A DNA stretch of 64,000 bases, taken from a virus. The notes beneath the pieces were generated by a model, which saw only the letters and a program-made list of their open reading frames with translations, was not told the origin of the DNA and searched no databases. Positions within the stretch are counted from its first letter, which is position 1. Every line of letters starts with the position of its first letter. Made by a program: the position numbers and the translations under genes. Positions 1 through 9,504 of the stretch are shown in pieces. The stretch lies in the IMG/VR virus record IMGVR_UViG_3300014720_000016. The stretch is one strand, 5' to 3'.

Positions 1-182
1 ACGGCATCCTCTAGCTCTGCACTTTTAATCGGCTTGGCCTTAAGCTCTTTAAAGCAAGCCGTGGCGATGTTAAAAAGCCGCAGCTCATTATTATTCCAAG
101 CCGTCAGCATCTCTTTGCGAAAACGTGGATAATCCTTGGAAGGCAGCTTGATGGTGCCGCGCTCCCACTCGTAACAGCTCAT
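1..182 (-). CDS. hypothetical phage protein, runs off the window (MSCYEWERGTIKLP...)
   Basis: Hand translation from ATG at 182 is open to the window edge; AGGA upstream; not in the ORF track. Confidence 0.7.
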   Translation of the reverse strand, partial: MSCYEWERGTIKLPSKDYPRFRKEMLTAWNNNELRLFNIATACFKELKAKPIKSAELEDA

Positions 183-218
183 TGCTATGTCCTATATGCC
201 TACAGGCATTTTAGAGAT

Positions 219-365
219 TTATTCTTCTACTTCAGGCTCAACTACTTGAAGCCCAAGCTCGGGAAGGGGCATGTTGTCTGCCTTCCGTTCTGGGAGCACC
301 GCCTCTTCCGCGTTCTGAATCACTACCACTTCACCGGGAGAAATATCAAAAACTACGATTGGCAT
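219..365 (-). CDS. 48-aa hypothetical protein
   Basis: Hand translation MPIVVFDISPGEVV...VEE*; GGAGG RBS; half copy of the recurrent motif at 397-413 upstream. Confidence 0.6.
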   Translation of the reverse strand: MPIVVFDISPGEVVVIQNAEEAVLPERKADNMPLPELGLQVVEPEVEE

Positions 366-466
366 GGCTGCCTCCGTGGTGCGGTTGTGCCCGACTGGAT
401 CGGGGCGGCCCGGCCCGCTCTGGCATTCTACCTAATATATTACATAATATTTAGCATCAGATGCCT

Positions 467-1021
467 TCAGTACCTGCACTCGGGATGACGCAAGAATAGA
501 GGGCGATAACCAACGAGCTTGCCATGAAGCGCTTCTGAGGTTGTCCTTCCAACATAGACCCAATGCCACGGTTCCTTGGGCGCGGTATTCACCCAGCCTA
601 ATTCTGGTCCGACGCGAGCAAGCCACCTATAGGTTTCTGATCGGGACCTCTTTCGGCGCTTCTTGCCGCAACGCACGGAGGTATTGGACAGATCAAGCGC
701 AATTCCAGCCTGATGAGAGCTCAGTCCTAATGGAGCTGCCCATCGTCGCCGCTGTCGTAACATGCGCCTCTGCTCACTAGAGCTGCGATAGGCAGAATTG
801 ATTTCCCAGTGAATGCCGTCAGTTTCCGCCCGCGCTACTAATTCCTGGTAAGCATCTGCGGCATCTTGCCGCAGTATGTAGTCCTGGCCATCTGGACCTG
901 TTCCTATTTTCTTTCCCCAGAATGGAGCCTTGTAACCATCGCTATAAGCATCTTCGACATAGCGCAGGTTGTAACCTAGGTCTGCGTAAAACGAAAAGAC
1001 AAGGACAAGATGAAATATCAT
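467..1021 (-). CDS. M15 (VanY-like) D,D-peptidase / peptidoglycan hydrolase
   Basis: SAYRS, SSHQAGIALD and EPWHW motifs; hydrophobic N-terminus. Confidence 0.85.
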   Translation of the reverse strand: MIFHLVLVFSFYADLGYNLRYVEDAYSDGYKAPFWGKKIGTGPDGQDYILRQDAADAYQELVARAETDGIHWEINSAYRSSSEQRRMLRQRRRWAAPLGLSSHQAGIALDLSNTSVRCGKKRRKRSRSETYRWLARVGPELGWVNTAPKEPWHWVYVGRTTSEALHGKLVGYRPLFLRHPECRY

Positions 1022-1023
1022 AA

Positions 1024-1395
1024 CTAGCTCGTAGATGACGAGCCGCCATCTTTGTTAGGAGATAGAGCAGGATTCACAATGAACTGTGATCTTGTTATGT
1101 TCCCTAGCTCATCAAAATGAATGATTGCAGGCCCATCGGTGCGGTGGCACTTGCCATTCACGTAGTACTCAAGAGCGCGAACCGTTCCGTTAGGCCAGAA
1201 CCACGCAGCAGCAGGCCCATGCGTATTCGTTATAAAACCAGTATTAGTTCGCCAGTGAGCAGACTGTATAGTGCCGCGCTCTTTGTAAACAACTAGATAT
1301 GCGCCCTCTTTGGCAGAGTACAGCCTTCCCCAATCCGGGTTCCATACCGCATCAGGAGGCCCGCTTGCTAGGAATTCCAAGAATGCAAGTTTCAT
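1024..1395 (-). CDS. MORN-variant/YwqK-like repeat protein, MKL start
   Basis: HGPA..WPNG and YYVNGKCHRTDGPA repeats. Confidence 0.65.
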   Translation of the reverse strand: MKLAFLEFLASGPPDAVWNPDWGRLYSAKEGAYLVVYKERGTIQSAHWRTNTGFITNTHGPAAAWFWPNGTVRALEYYVNGKCHRTDGPAIIHFDELGNITRSQFIVNPALSPNKDGGSSSTS

Positions 1396-1437
1396 AAATT
1401 ACTGTAAGCCTTACTACTAAAAGGCCTGGAGAAATAC

Positions 1438-1722
1438 ATGATAAAGAAACTTGCAGAAATCGCAAATGAACTGGATGCAGCTGGCGAGATGGCTGCGGCG
1501 GACAGGGTAGACGCCATAATCGACAACCTACGCCAAGCAGCTGCCGGCGACATGAAGCGTCACCCCGATTGGGTGGCGGCAGCCAGCCGGGCCTTACCAA
1601 TGCTGGATTCAGCGATGGATTGTTTTACCGACAAGAATGTCACCCCTCCGGGCGATCTAGTATGGGCAATCGAAGATCTCCGCAAGATTGTGGAGTTCAA
1701 TAAAAAGAACCCCGCTAAGTAG
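1438..1722 (+). CDS. hypothetical protein with IANELD leader
   Basis: N-term MIKKLAEIANELDAAGEMAAADRVD; GGAG RBS. Confidence 0.8.
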   Translation: MIKKLAEIANELDAAGEMAAADRVDAIIDNLRQAAAGDMKRHPDWVAAASRALPMLDSAMDCFTDKNVTPPGDLVWAIEDLRKIVEFNKKNPAK

Positions 1723-1993
1723 ATTTTTTGATTGCAGCTTCTGCAAGCTGTACGGCATCGCAGTAGATGCCAAAGCCTCGAGAATCGGACTCGGCACTAA
1801 GTCGGTTCGACTCAAGCAGCGCACGACAAGCATCTAGAGCCGTATCGCGTTGCCTGCGCATTACGCAGAGGCCGCAAGGTCGATCTGCTGCACACTCATA
1901 GGTAAGCTCACCCGGACCAGCTACCGCGCAACCACCGATCTCAATCTGCCACATTAGGGCCTGGTAGGCCGCCTTCCAGTCTTTGTCTCTCAC
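1715..1993 (-). CDS. hypothetical protein
   Basis: ORF in dense minus-strand run; CxxC motif. Confidence 0.6.
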   Translation of the reverse strand: MRDKDWKAAYQALMWQIEIGGCAVAGPGELTYECAADRPCGLCVMRRQRDTALDACRALLESNRLSAESDSRGFGIYCDAVQLAEAAIKKST

Positions 1994-2004
1994 AAGATCA
2001 GTAC

Positions 2005-2541
2005 CTACTCTTCCCAGTATACCTTCTCTCCCCTTCTATAAAGCCGTAGCTCAGGAGGAGGGCTGTCCAGATTGACAGTAAAGTGCTTATCATAAATAGT
2101 AAAATAGTTATTTGGTAGCAGCCCAAAGTTACCGGCTTCAAGTGCAATCAAGGAAAGGGGCTTGTGTTCCTGAGGGTACCTAGAGAAGCCATCGCTCCAA
2201 TCTATGATAATCCCGGTATGACGAAATAGAAAATTTTCTTTTATTGTCTTTCCAGTTAACCCATCTAGGTACGGAAAATGAGTAGCAGTTATATCGCTGC
2301 CCATGCAACCCCATGGCTCAATTGCCGGCAAGGTATCGGGCACAGCTTTATCCCTCAAAACTGAAAGAGGTAGACCGCTCCAGTGAGCCCCGCTTTGCAA
2401 CTGAACATGAGTAAGCATAAGCTGACCCGGTCTAGCAAATACTCCATGAAGAATTCCCTGGGTCAGTCCAGGTTGCATATCATGGCCGAGATGCTCGTTG
2501 TCTACCCATACGTAGAAATGATGTGGCAGAGCTATATGCAT
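2005..2541 (-). CDS. hypothetical phage protein
   Basis: 178-aa ORF tightly packed in the minus-strand run. Confidence 0.7.
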   Translation of the reverse strand: MHIALPHHFYVWVDNEHLGHDMQPGLTQGILHGVFARPGQLMLTHVQLQSGAHWSGLPLSVLRDKAVPDTLPAIEPWGCMGSDITATHFPYLDGLTGKTIKENFLFRHTGIIIDWSDGFSRYPQEHKPLSLIALEAGNFGLLPNNYFTIYDKHFTVNLDSPPPELRLYRRGEKVYWEE

Positions 2542-2546
2542 CGGGA

Positions 2547-2807
2547 CTACCTCACAACAAATGCGTAGTTACCAGGAGGATACCCGGCTGGTGGGTGGGA
2601 GCGATGGTTCCATACTCCATCGCACCAATAATTCCATGACTCATGACCTTTGACTATTGAGATGCACAACCAATCGCTACTTATCTCTGGATTAGCAGTT
2701 ATCCTCTCAGGTGGCTCAATCCCAATTTCTCGCGAAACTATTCGTACTACCTCGCGCCAATCGCGCGAGGCGGCAGCAGATTGCAAAGCCCAGTCATGGA
2801 GTTTCAT
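2547..2807 (-). CDS. MKL family A small protein
   Basis: MKLHDWALQSAAASRDW..REIGI..YW. Confidence 0.75.
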   Translation of the reverse strand: MKLHDWALQSAAASRDWREVVRIVSREIGIEPPERITANPEISSDWLCISIVKGHESWNYWCDGVWNHRSHPPAGYPPGNYAFVVR

Positions 2808-2840
2808 TATTTGCCTGCATCATTACAGCAGGCTAGATCG

Positions 2841-3317
2841 TCAACTTCCTAGCTGAGCTTCTAGTTCAGCAGTGCGCTTGCGTAGGCGCTCAAGTTCATC
2901 TAGAGCATCTTTGTGCCGCTTAGCTTCCTCTGCCTGCTTGCGCTCTACGTCAGCCTTCTGCTGGCGCGCTAGCTTGTTTGTAAGCTGGCGCCGGAACAAA
3001 GGGCGACTAGGAAACGGAGGAGTTACGAAAACTTCATTATCATACAGCGTATTACCATTAAACACAAACGCAGTATAGTTGACATCGCCCCGGCATTGTA
3101 CGCGAAAGATAACTTCAGGGAATGCCTTGGATAGTGCAAGGGTCACACTGTGGCCTCCCGACCACTTTGTTTCCGGGCTAAAGCGCCGCCAGCACCATGC
3201 AACGAAATTGCCGTCCTGCCTAAAATCAGTAAGCGCATTAGCTTCTGCCGCAATCTGCGCTTCAAGGGTTGGATTCGAATCGGCAATGTCAATGCAAAAA
3301 GAGTAATAACTTCCCAT
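2841..3317 (-). CDS. hypothetical protein with C-terminal coiled coil
   Basis: KW..LSKAFPEVIF; charged helical tail. Confidence 0.7.
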   Translation of the reverse strand: MGSYYSFCIDIADSNPTLEAQIAAEANALTDFRQDGNFVAWCWRRFSPETKWSGGHSVTLALSKAFPEVIFRVQCRGDVNYTAFVFNGNTLYDNEVFVTPPFPSRPLFRRQLTNKLARQQKADVERKQAEEAKRHKDALDELERLRKRTAELEAQLGS

Positions 3318-3775
3318 TATTTTTCCTCGGCTTTTGCAGCCTTTGTGTTATAACCTGACAGTAGGGCGAAGCCCTCGTGACGGGTCCATGTAACAGATGA
3401 TGGCAGTCCGTATAGCGCCTCGGCTTCGCATCGCCCACAGCTAGCCGCGACTGCGGTACAGTCGCCAGAATGATGCGCGGATAGTTGCAGCTTGTGATGC
3501 GACACGAAGGCGCTAAATCCTCCCGGCCAAAGCGCATCCCAGCAATCGCCGTATTCATGCGTATCACTAAATAGTTTCTTCATAAGGCCGGCTACAATTC
3601 CCTCGTAGCGCACCTGAGCATCTCGCGCACTAGCGGAGCCAAGCCCACCCTTTAGATGCATATCAGCAGTAAGCAGCCGGTCATGAACAATGTATTCCAA
3701 GCACCAGCGATAATATGCAGCTCTATGAGCGTCCTCACTAATGTCCGCTGGCGGTGGGCATATGTCGTGGCTCAT
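3317..3775 (-). CDS. hypothetical protein
   Basis: HSGDCT..SCGRC metal-binding-like motif; abuts next gene. Confidence 0.7.
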   Translation of the reverse strand: MSHDICPPPADISEDAHRAAYYRWCLEYIVHDRLLTADMHLKGGLGSASARDAQVRYEGIVAGLMKKLFSDTHEYGDCWDALWPGGFSAFVSHHKLQLSAHHSGDCTAVAASCGRCEAEALYGLPSSVTWTRHEGFALLSGYNTKAAKAEEK

Positions 3776-3892
3776 GTATCACCTTGGTTTTCGCACGGAT
3801 TCTGCCATGGTAGCCATGGCTATCGCAATAATCCAAAAAGGAGCACTGAGGATAAAAGCAGCAAAGATAATAGCTATTTCCAAGTACTTTTC

Positions 3893-4279
3893 CTAGGTTA
3901 AGTGATTCTTGTATACACAATAGCCGCTTGAGAGCGAGCTTCTTGCAAAACCAGCGGCCTCTGCCGCAGCTATTGCCTCTAGAGCCCCTGCGCTCGCAGG
4001 CATATTAAAATTAAGATAAATGGCACCTAACAAACTAGGTGCATCCCACTCGGTATCGCCACCCATAGCAGAAATACCATCTTCTGAAACACCAAGCCTG
4101 TATATCATGAAGGCGCGCCGCGACACCCACTCTATCAGCAGGCTGTCCTCGCGAGCGAGTTGCAGCAGCATGTTAAATGGCACCCCGCATATTTCCTTAG
4201 GAACCGGCAAACCATAATCTGCAATTGATGCGCGGATATACTCATCGCTACCGGCCCACCAGACATTTGCTAATTTCAT
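3893..4279 (-). CDS. hypothetical protein, MKL start
   Basis: Start re-set to MKLANVWW at 4279; ATGA overlap with upstream stop. Confidence 0.65.
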   Translation of the reverse strand: MKLANVWWAGSDEYIRASIADYGLPVPKEICGVPFNMLLQLAREDSLLIEWVSRRAFMIYRLGVSEDGISAMGGDTEWDAPSLLGAIYLNFNMPASAGALEAIAAAEAAGFARSSLSSGYCVYKNHLT

Positions 4280-4815
4280 TTGCCTGCACAGCCGACGCAA
4301 AGCGATTTGATCCATCCAGAATTGACTTCGGCGTCCGCTCGCCCGCCACACTTTTCACAGACATGGCGGGAGACGCCCTCTGCCATGCGCACAAGACCGT
4401 CGATATATCTGTCGCCTCCTACATAGTAAAAGCACAGTACGCCGAACTTTTCTTTTACCTGGGTACACTGTACCTGATATATAGGCTCATGGGGCGTAAG
4501 AAAAGCAGCCTTGGCAATTACTTCATCTACGCGGTCGGCTACTTTAGGGCTGACCTTGAAAGTCGGCACGCCCCAATTAAAATGCTTTTCTAGCGGCCGT
4601 TTATTACCGGAGATGCCTGCTCGCAAGGCGCGATTATACCGCAGGTCTCGAGCACGGATGCTTCGCGAGCCACTGATATGATGTTGAATATTGGTACAGA
4701 GAACGTCAATGATGTTGTACCAGCCATCGCCGCAGCTGATGCCAATAAAGTCATTACCCCTGCGAAAGATGCGCGGGTGATCACGATATAGTTTTTCTTC
4801 CAGCCCAGGCGACAT
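4276..4815 (-). CDS. conserved phage hypothetical protein
   Basis: CGDGWY..LC, QVKEKFGxLxFY, CEKCG pattern common in phage proteins. Confidence 0.75.
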   Translation of the reverse strand: MSPGLEEKLYRDHPRIFRRGNDFIGISCGDGWYNIIDVLCTNIQHHISGSRSIRARDLRYNRALRAGISGNKRPLEKHFNWGVPTFKVSPKVADRVDEVIAKAAFLTPHEPIYQVQCTQVKEKFGVLCFYYVGGDRYIDGLVRMAEGVSRHVCEKCGGRADAEVNSGWIKSLCVGCAGK

Positions 4816-4816
4816 A

Positions 4817-5845
4817 CTACTCTCCTATCTTCAACAGGAACGCATTGTTAATTACCTTGAAGGAAGCCCTGGCTAATCCGGTTCCCAAGTAGCTCGCGAT
4901 AACAGCGGAGTTGCGCTCTCGCGTAGGTCGGATAACAATACCCTCTCGTGGATGCCCGCTATCATAGTTGCCCTCGGCAGCCGCTAAGGCTGTCTCAAGC
5001 GTAATATCAAGCTGCCTGACCCAAAGGATAGGTACTGTTGGAATTGAATAGCGGCTGCAAAATTCTTGGAAATCTTCGAAGTCAAGGTACGCTTGCCCAG
5101 AGATGTCAAACACCTGGAAAGCATAAAATGCCTTGCCACGAATACCCAGACGGTTCCCCTGGATGCTCTCGCCAACAAATTCTCCTTGGACGGCAAACCC
5201 GGCAGGCATATTTTCAAATATACCCAGCTGACGAGCCATGGTCCAGTGAGGAGATCCTTCAATGTCTTTTAGTGCATAATTACGGGTGCAGACAAATTGC
5301 GTCTCGCCCTCGGCGTCACGATGCTTTGCAAAGGTAAGGGACTGGCCATCTAGCTTGACAGCTGCATAGCACTCTACGCCACGCAACTCGTCTAGTACCT
5401 CGGGTACTGATTGCAAGCGAATCTCATCTGTTTTGTTAAACAGGTGAGTGGGAAAATTGCCGGCAATTTCGCGAGCCCCGCTGGTAGATGCAGGCTCCCA
5501 CTTTGTTACGCCAAGCTGGGCAGTGACATCGCTGCCTTCCGCAATAGGGCAGGACTCAGGAAGAACTGATACCGGCAGGGCTAGGCCCTGCGAAAGTACC
5601 CCTCGCATACGCTTGCTGCGCAGCCTAAAATTATCAGGTCGCTTGCCATCTGGCCACAAGAAAGAAAAGATGCTCCTATCAGGCAGGACGGAATCAATCT
5701 CGAAGTAAACGCAACAGTCGCCTGCCTGGAACTCTCCCTTGCGAGATACGAGCTGCCATCCAAGAACCTGGATCTTTTCGACCCTGTCTGCGCCAGGGAT
5801 CGGGGATACTGATATTACCTTCTGGATGCTTGCCAGCTTGCGCAT
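4817..5845 (-). CDS. ATP-dependent RNA ligase, DRB0094/Rnl5 type (N-terminal OB domain)
   Basis: MRKLAS..IPGADRVE..YFEIDS N-terminal domain; nucleotidyltransferase motifs KLDG, QGEFVG, REGIVIR, SFKVIN. Confidence 0.9.
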   Translation of the reverse strand: MRKLASIQKVISVSPIPGADRVEKIQVLGWQLVSRKGEFQAGDCCVYFEIDSVLPDRSIFSFLWPDGKRPDNFRLRSKRMRGVLSQGLALPVSVLPESCPIAEGSDVTAQLGVTKWEPASTSGAREIAGNFPTHLFNKTDEIRLQSVPEVLDELRGVECYAAVKLDGQSLTFAKHRDAEGETQFVCTRNYALKDIEGSPHWTMARQLGIFENMPAGFAVQGEFVGESIQGNRLGIRGKAFYAFQVFDISGQAYLDFEDFQEFCSRYSIPTVPILWVRQLDITLETALAAAEGNYDSGHPREGIVIRPTRERNSAVIASYLGTGLARASFKVINNAFLLKIGE

Positions 5846-5846
5846 G

Positions 5847-6068
5847 TCAGCCCTCCCCCTTGCCGTCCTCCGCGGCAGCGGCCTCAGCATCTTTTTCTTC
5901 AATATACTTGTGGAGAGAATCTGATACAAACCGCGAAAGGACATCAGGAGTGATTTCCGTCACTCCATAAAAAAACTTAATATGTTCAGCTGCTTCATCA
6001 TCATAATTGATGTCAGCTTTTAGGGAGCCGTCCGGCATTTCTTTAAGAGAAAGGATCTCGATCTTCAT
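5847..6068 (-). CDS. hypothetical protein
   Basis: MKIEIL start with GAAGG RBS, downstream of motif copy 6187. Confidence 0.65.
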   Translation of the reverse strand: MKIEILSLKEMPDGSLKADINYDDEAAEHIKFFYGVTEITPDVLSRFVSDSLHKYIEEKDAEAAAAEDGKGEG

Positions 6069-6186
6069 ATTTTTACCTTCATCCCGCCTCGCAATCCGAA
6101 ACGGGCTCTGTCTGGAAGTATTTTGCGGGCGCATAGCACGCGGAGTGCTGTATCTTACTGCTTTTCTGCCCGCCTTCGCCACTAAG

Positions 6187-6209
6187 GGATCAGGCGGGAC
6201 CGGGTTTAG
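6187..6209 (-). promoter_or_regulatory. recurrent oriented motif (putative phage early promoter)
   Basis: GGATC-AGGCGGGA-CCGGGTTTAG. Confidence 0.65.
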
Positions 6210-6242
6210 GCCCGACCCGTGCTGATATAGGGGCGCAAACCG

Positions 6243-6773
6243 CTATCCTAGCCCCTGAGCCGACTGCGCTGCTTGGCGTGTATATTCGTACAGGATTACG
6301 TTGGCAGCTTGCGCGGCATTGATACAAAAGCCCACTCCGGGCATAGGAATGGCAATTATCTCGCTATTAAGTAGAATATCAGGGGGCACGCCAGTCTTTT
6401 CATTGCCAATAACAATACAGGTAGGCGTTTTCATATCAAAGGCATAGCTATGCAAGCTGGCTGCATCGGGATGCAGCTCTGCTGATAGCACCCGCATATC
6501 ATGCGCGGCACAATGCTCTAATAGATCGTGAGGATTAGAAAACTTCCTGATAGTTAGGAAGTCGCTTGTTGATCCTGATAGTTCTCGGAGTACCGCTGGC
6601 GGCGGGCAATCACCGATTATATTAACGGCTCGCGCGCCAAAGCAAGCCGCCGCCCGAATTAGATAGCCTATGTTTTCTTCACAACGGAAATTGACAGTAG
6701 CTACTTCTAGTGGATAGCATATGGCATTGGAAACTTTGGCAGAATATCTTTGTTTGCGAGTTTCACTTCGCAT
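6243..6773 (-). CDS. SpoU/TrmH-family RNA 2'-O-methyltransferase
   Basis: NIGYLIRAAACFG, VIGNEKTGV, IPMPG..INAAQAANVILYE SPOUT motifs. Confidence 0.9.
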   Translation of the reverse strand: MRSETRKQRYSAKVSNAICYPLEVATVNFRCEENIGYLIRAAACFGARAVNIIGDCPPPAVLRELSGSTSDFLTIRKFSNPHDLLEHCAAHDMRVLSAELHPDAASLHSYAFDMKTPTCIVIGNEKTGVPPDILLNSEIIAIPMPGVGFCINAAQAANVILYEYTRQAAQSAQGLG

Positions 6774-6786
6774 TAGTTAAGCGCCT

Positions 6787-7077
6787 TTACTTATCATTGG
6801 TACGCAATGGCGAGCCATTGAGATAATAGAATTCGTTGATTATATTTCCTGCTTCATCATGAACCGTAACCGCCGGCCCATCTTCCCGGTGCAGTAATCC
6901 ATTCTCTAGATAATCGCGATAGCGCAAGACACCGTTTTTAAACGTGAAAATGATTTGCCTGTATTTTGTGGCTGGTGGGTTTTCGTCAATGTAAATAACC
7001 ACATCGCCGTTAACCTTGCAGCGCCAGCCAGGCGGGCAGTTTACTATATAGTCGGCATGATACATCTTCATCGCCAT
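6787..7077 (-). CDS. MORN-variant/YwqK-like repeat protein
   Basis: YLENGLLHREDGPA..YYLNG. Confidence 0.65.
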   Translation of the reverse strand: MAMKMYHADYIVNCPPGWRCKVNGDVVIYIDENPPATKYRQIIFTFKNGVLRYRDYLENGLLHREDGPAVTVHDEAGNIINEFYYLNGSPLRTNDK

Positions 7078-7307
7078 AGTAGTACCTTGTTTTTAATAGT
7101 ACCATATGGCGGGCCTAGCTTGCTAGTTCACATAAGCGGCCTGATGAACAATAACGATCTCATCCTCAGGAACAGATACCTGAATAGAAATTTCATTTCG
7201 GGCAGACCCTGCGGGTGCATTATCAGCGCATGAAGCAATTAGCACAAATGCAATGGCAATAAAAATCTTGATCAAGATACAAACCCTTTCTGTAGAAAAT
7301 GGAGAAA

Positions 7308-7691
7308 TTACCACCACGAAGTATAGAACACAGCCTGCCCGTTGCTAAGTAGCTCACGAGCGGTTGCAATAAAACGCAAATCTTCCTGATCCTGATCATA
7401 GGTATCACGCATGGCCCCAAAGAAAAAGCCATCTGTTTTCGGCAGACAACTGCGCAGGATAACATCTTCTAGCGCCGCCAAATCTTCTTCAGTAAGCCTT
7501 ACTGCTGCGCAGTTGAATTCTTCTTGTCCGCCTTTTGAAATATAAAGGCGCTCCATCCAGCCCTGAAGGCCAGGGTGCTTGCGCCAGTAGGCGAACTCCT
7601 TGGAGTTATCTACTACCAAGTCTTCGAAACCAATCTGCTTGTCACCAAGCAGTTCAGCGGGACAATGACGAGCGTACTGATCCAATCCCAT
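7308..7691 (-). CDS. conserved phage hypothetical protein
   Basis: MGLD..YWRKHPGLQGWM..GFFFG..YTSWW pattern. Confidence 0.75.
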   Translation of the reverse strand: MGLDQYARHCPAELLGDKQIGFEDLVVDNSKEFAYWRKHPGLQGWMERLYISKGGQEEFNCAAVRLTEEDLAALEDVILRSCLPKTDGFFFGAMRDTYDQDQEDLRFIATARELLSNGQAVFYTSWW

Positions 7692-7703
7692 GCTAGTCTC
7701 CAA

Positions 7704-7877
7704 TCAATCTTTGATGTAGCCCTGCTCAAGAAGCTGGACAGCGGTACGACCGTACCAGCCCTGAAGGTTATACGCAGCTCCAGAGTCGTGGAGGTACTGC
7801 CAGGCAGCGATTACCTCTTCCTCGTTATCAACTTCCCGGTCGCCTTCGATAATTGAAACTGCCGAAAAAAGATCCAT
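7704..7877 (-). CDS. small conserved phage protein
   Basis: AWQYLHDSG..LQGWYGRTA pattern. Confidence 0.7.
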   Translation of the reverse strand: MDLFSAVSIIEGDREVDNEEEVIAAWQYLHDSGAAYNLQGWYGRTAVQLLEQGYIKD

Positions 7878-7896
7878 CTTAGATTCCACTGACACG

Positions 7897-8256
7897 CTAT
7901 TCTCCTGGTCCTTCAAGATATTCGAATTGAATTTCTAGCTGTTCGCACTTGGCGCGCAGATCGCGCACATGCTGGATAATAGTTGCATCATCAGGGCAGA
8001 CAGTGCTCCACTTGATACCTAGTGCATTAAGTACGCCTTCTGCAAGGTCTCCGGCCTGCTTGGCGCAGCCTTCGGCATAACTGCTTGCCGCATCCAGCCG
8101 CTTCTGACAGCGGAGTAGATCGTCTAAGATTTCCTTGTTGCAGGATTTCAGGCGTGCCACTTCGTCGCACAGGGCAAGCACATCGGCTGCCGCTCGTGAC
8201 AGATCAACTGATGAGCCACGGTACATTTGACGAATACATTCTTCGTCTAGCTTCAT
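7897..8256 (-). CDS. hypothetical coiled-coil protein, MKL start
   Basis: AGGAAG RBS; 39 nt downstream of motif 8295. Confidence 0.7.
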   Translation of the reverse strand: MKLDEECIRQMYRGSSVDLSRAAADVLALCDEVARLKSCNKEILDDLLRCQKRLDAASSYAEGCAKQAGDLAEGVLNALGIKWSTVCPDDATIIQHVRDLRAKCEQLEIQFEYLEGPGE

Positions 8257-8294
8257 ATCTTCCTTCTTGGAGTGTCGCCGAGCTGCGCCCGCCC

Positions 8295-8317
8295 GGATCG
8301 GGGGCGACCGGGTTTAG
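8295..8317 (-). promoter_or_regulatory. recurrent oriented motif
   Basis: GGATC-GGGGGCGA-CCGGGTTTAG. Confidence 0.65.
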
Positions 8318-8334
8318 GCCGGAGCCGGCCTAGT

Positions 8335-8361
8335 AAAAAGCCCCGCTGCGGGCGGGGCTTT
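8335..8361 (-). terminator. intrinsic terminator
   Basis: AAAGCCCCGC/GCGGGGCTTT hairpin with U-tract on minus strand right after the 8367 stop. Confidence 0.75.
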
Positions 8362-8366
8362 AGGAC

Positions 8367-9125
8367 TCAGTCTTCGCTTTCGGATTCTACTGCTGCCAGC
8401 CTATCTGACATATAGGCTTTAAGCCACTCTACTAGATCGGCAGTCTTGCCTGGATCGGCCTTGATTCCTTTTGCTATAATAGCCAGCTCATCAGCCTTGC
8501 GATGCAGAGCATCGGCTGGCCCGCGCTGTGGCGGTAGGTTTTCCAGCTTATCTAGCAGCTCGACAAAGTTATTTACTTTGTACTTCGCAGCATCAGCAGG
8601 ATCATAATCAAGGCCTATGATGCGCGACCAAAGAGACATTATCTCGCGCTCATCTTCCTGTCGAGCCTCTAGTTGCGACAGTATCATCTCATCGGCGGAC
8701 GCATCCAGTTTAGCAATCTCGCCTCGCAAAAGCTTAATCAGCTGATCATAGTTCTTGTAGTCTACTCCTGGCTTCCATGGGAAAGTAAGATTAATTGCAG
8801 TCCAAGTCCGGGGGTCTCCTACCTTGCCATTCTCAGGAATATCCTGTCCCTCTGAGCGAGGCGTTCGGTTTATGGCTTCAGCAATCTTTAGATACTTGTT
8901 AAGCAGCTTCTGTACCTGTAACATTTGCTGTGACTCTGCTTTGCGCTTAGCAGCTGATCCAGGTTGTTCATTACTAATCGTAGCTCCCTGAGTCATTTTT
9001 ATGTCATCGCCGCCAGCGTCAGTCATAGCTAGGACGATCTTGTCTAGCCTGTCCGCCAGGCCGGTATGGCCGCGGGTATCCAGCTCATTAGCAATCTTTA
9101 TCAAGCTCTTAGCAACACTCCTCAT
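8367..9125 (-). CDS. hypothetical protein with IANELD leader
   Basis: MRSVAKSLIKIANELDTRGHTGLADRLD; GGAGG RBS at 9130-9134. Confidence 0.8.
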   Translation of the reverse strand: MRSVAKSLIKIANELDTRGHTGLADRLDKIVLAMTDAGGDDIKMTQGATISNEQPGSAAKRKAESQQMLQVQKLLNKYLKIAEAINRTPRSEGQDIPENGKVGDPRTWTAINLTFPWKPGVDYKNYDQLIKLLRGEIAKLDASADEMILSQLEARQEDEREIMSLWSRIIGLDYDPADAAKYKVNNFVELLDKLENLPPQRGPADALHRKADELAIIAKGIKADPGKTADLVEWLKAYMSDRLAAVESESED

Positions 9126-9207
9126 GGCGCCTCCCATAGCTTTAAAGTTATCAAATAGTAATAGGCCGGCCATATTATATTGCCGGCCGGCAATCAATCG
9201 GCGCTAC

Positions 9208-9465
9208 TTAGCGGGGATTGCAAACATAGGGACGCAAATGCCGGGCTGCCTCGCAGGCAGCGATATGCTGGATTAGCTGCCCCTCAAACTGCTCAATTAG
9301 TCGAATATGCTCCTCAGGCAGCCGACCCATGTCAAGCGAGCTTACCACTAGCTGGCCGTGAGAGGGCGAGTACCATGTGGTTGCGGGTCGTACATCGCCT
9401 GGCCCAAAATCAAGAACCCAGCCAAAGTCAGGAACGCTAGGCTGCAAAGTAAGGGTGATGCTCAT
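9208..9465 (-). CDS. hypothetical protein
   Basis: GAGG RBS; fits minus-strand run. Confidence 0.6.
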   Translation of the reverse strand: MSITLTLQPSVPDFGWVLDFGPGDVRPATTWYSPSHGQLVVSSLDMGRLPEEHIRLIEQFEGQLIQHIAACEAARHLRPYVCNPR

Positions 9466-9504
9466 GCTTGTCCTCGTAAGTTTCTGCTCCTATTTACAGA
9501 GGAG

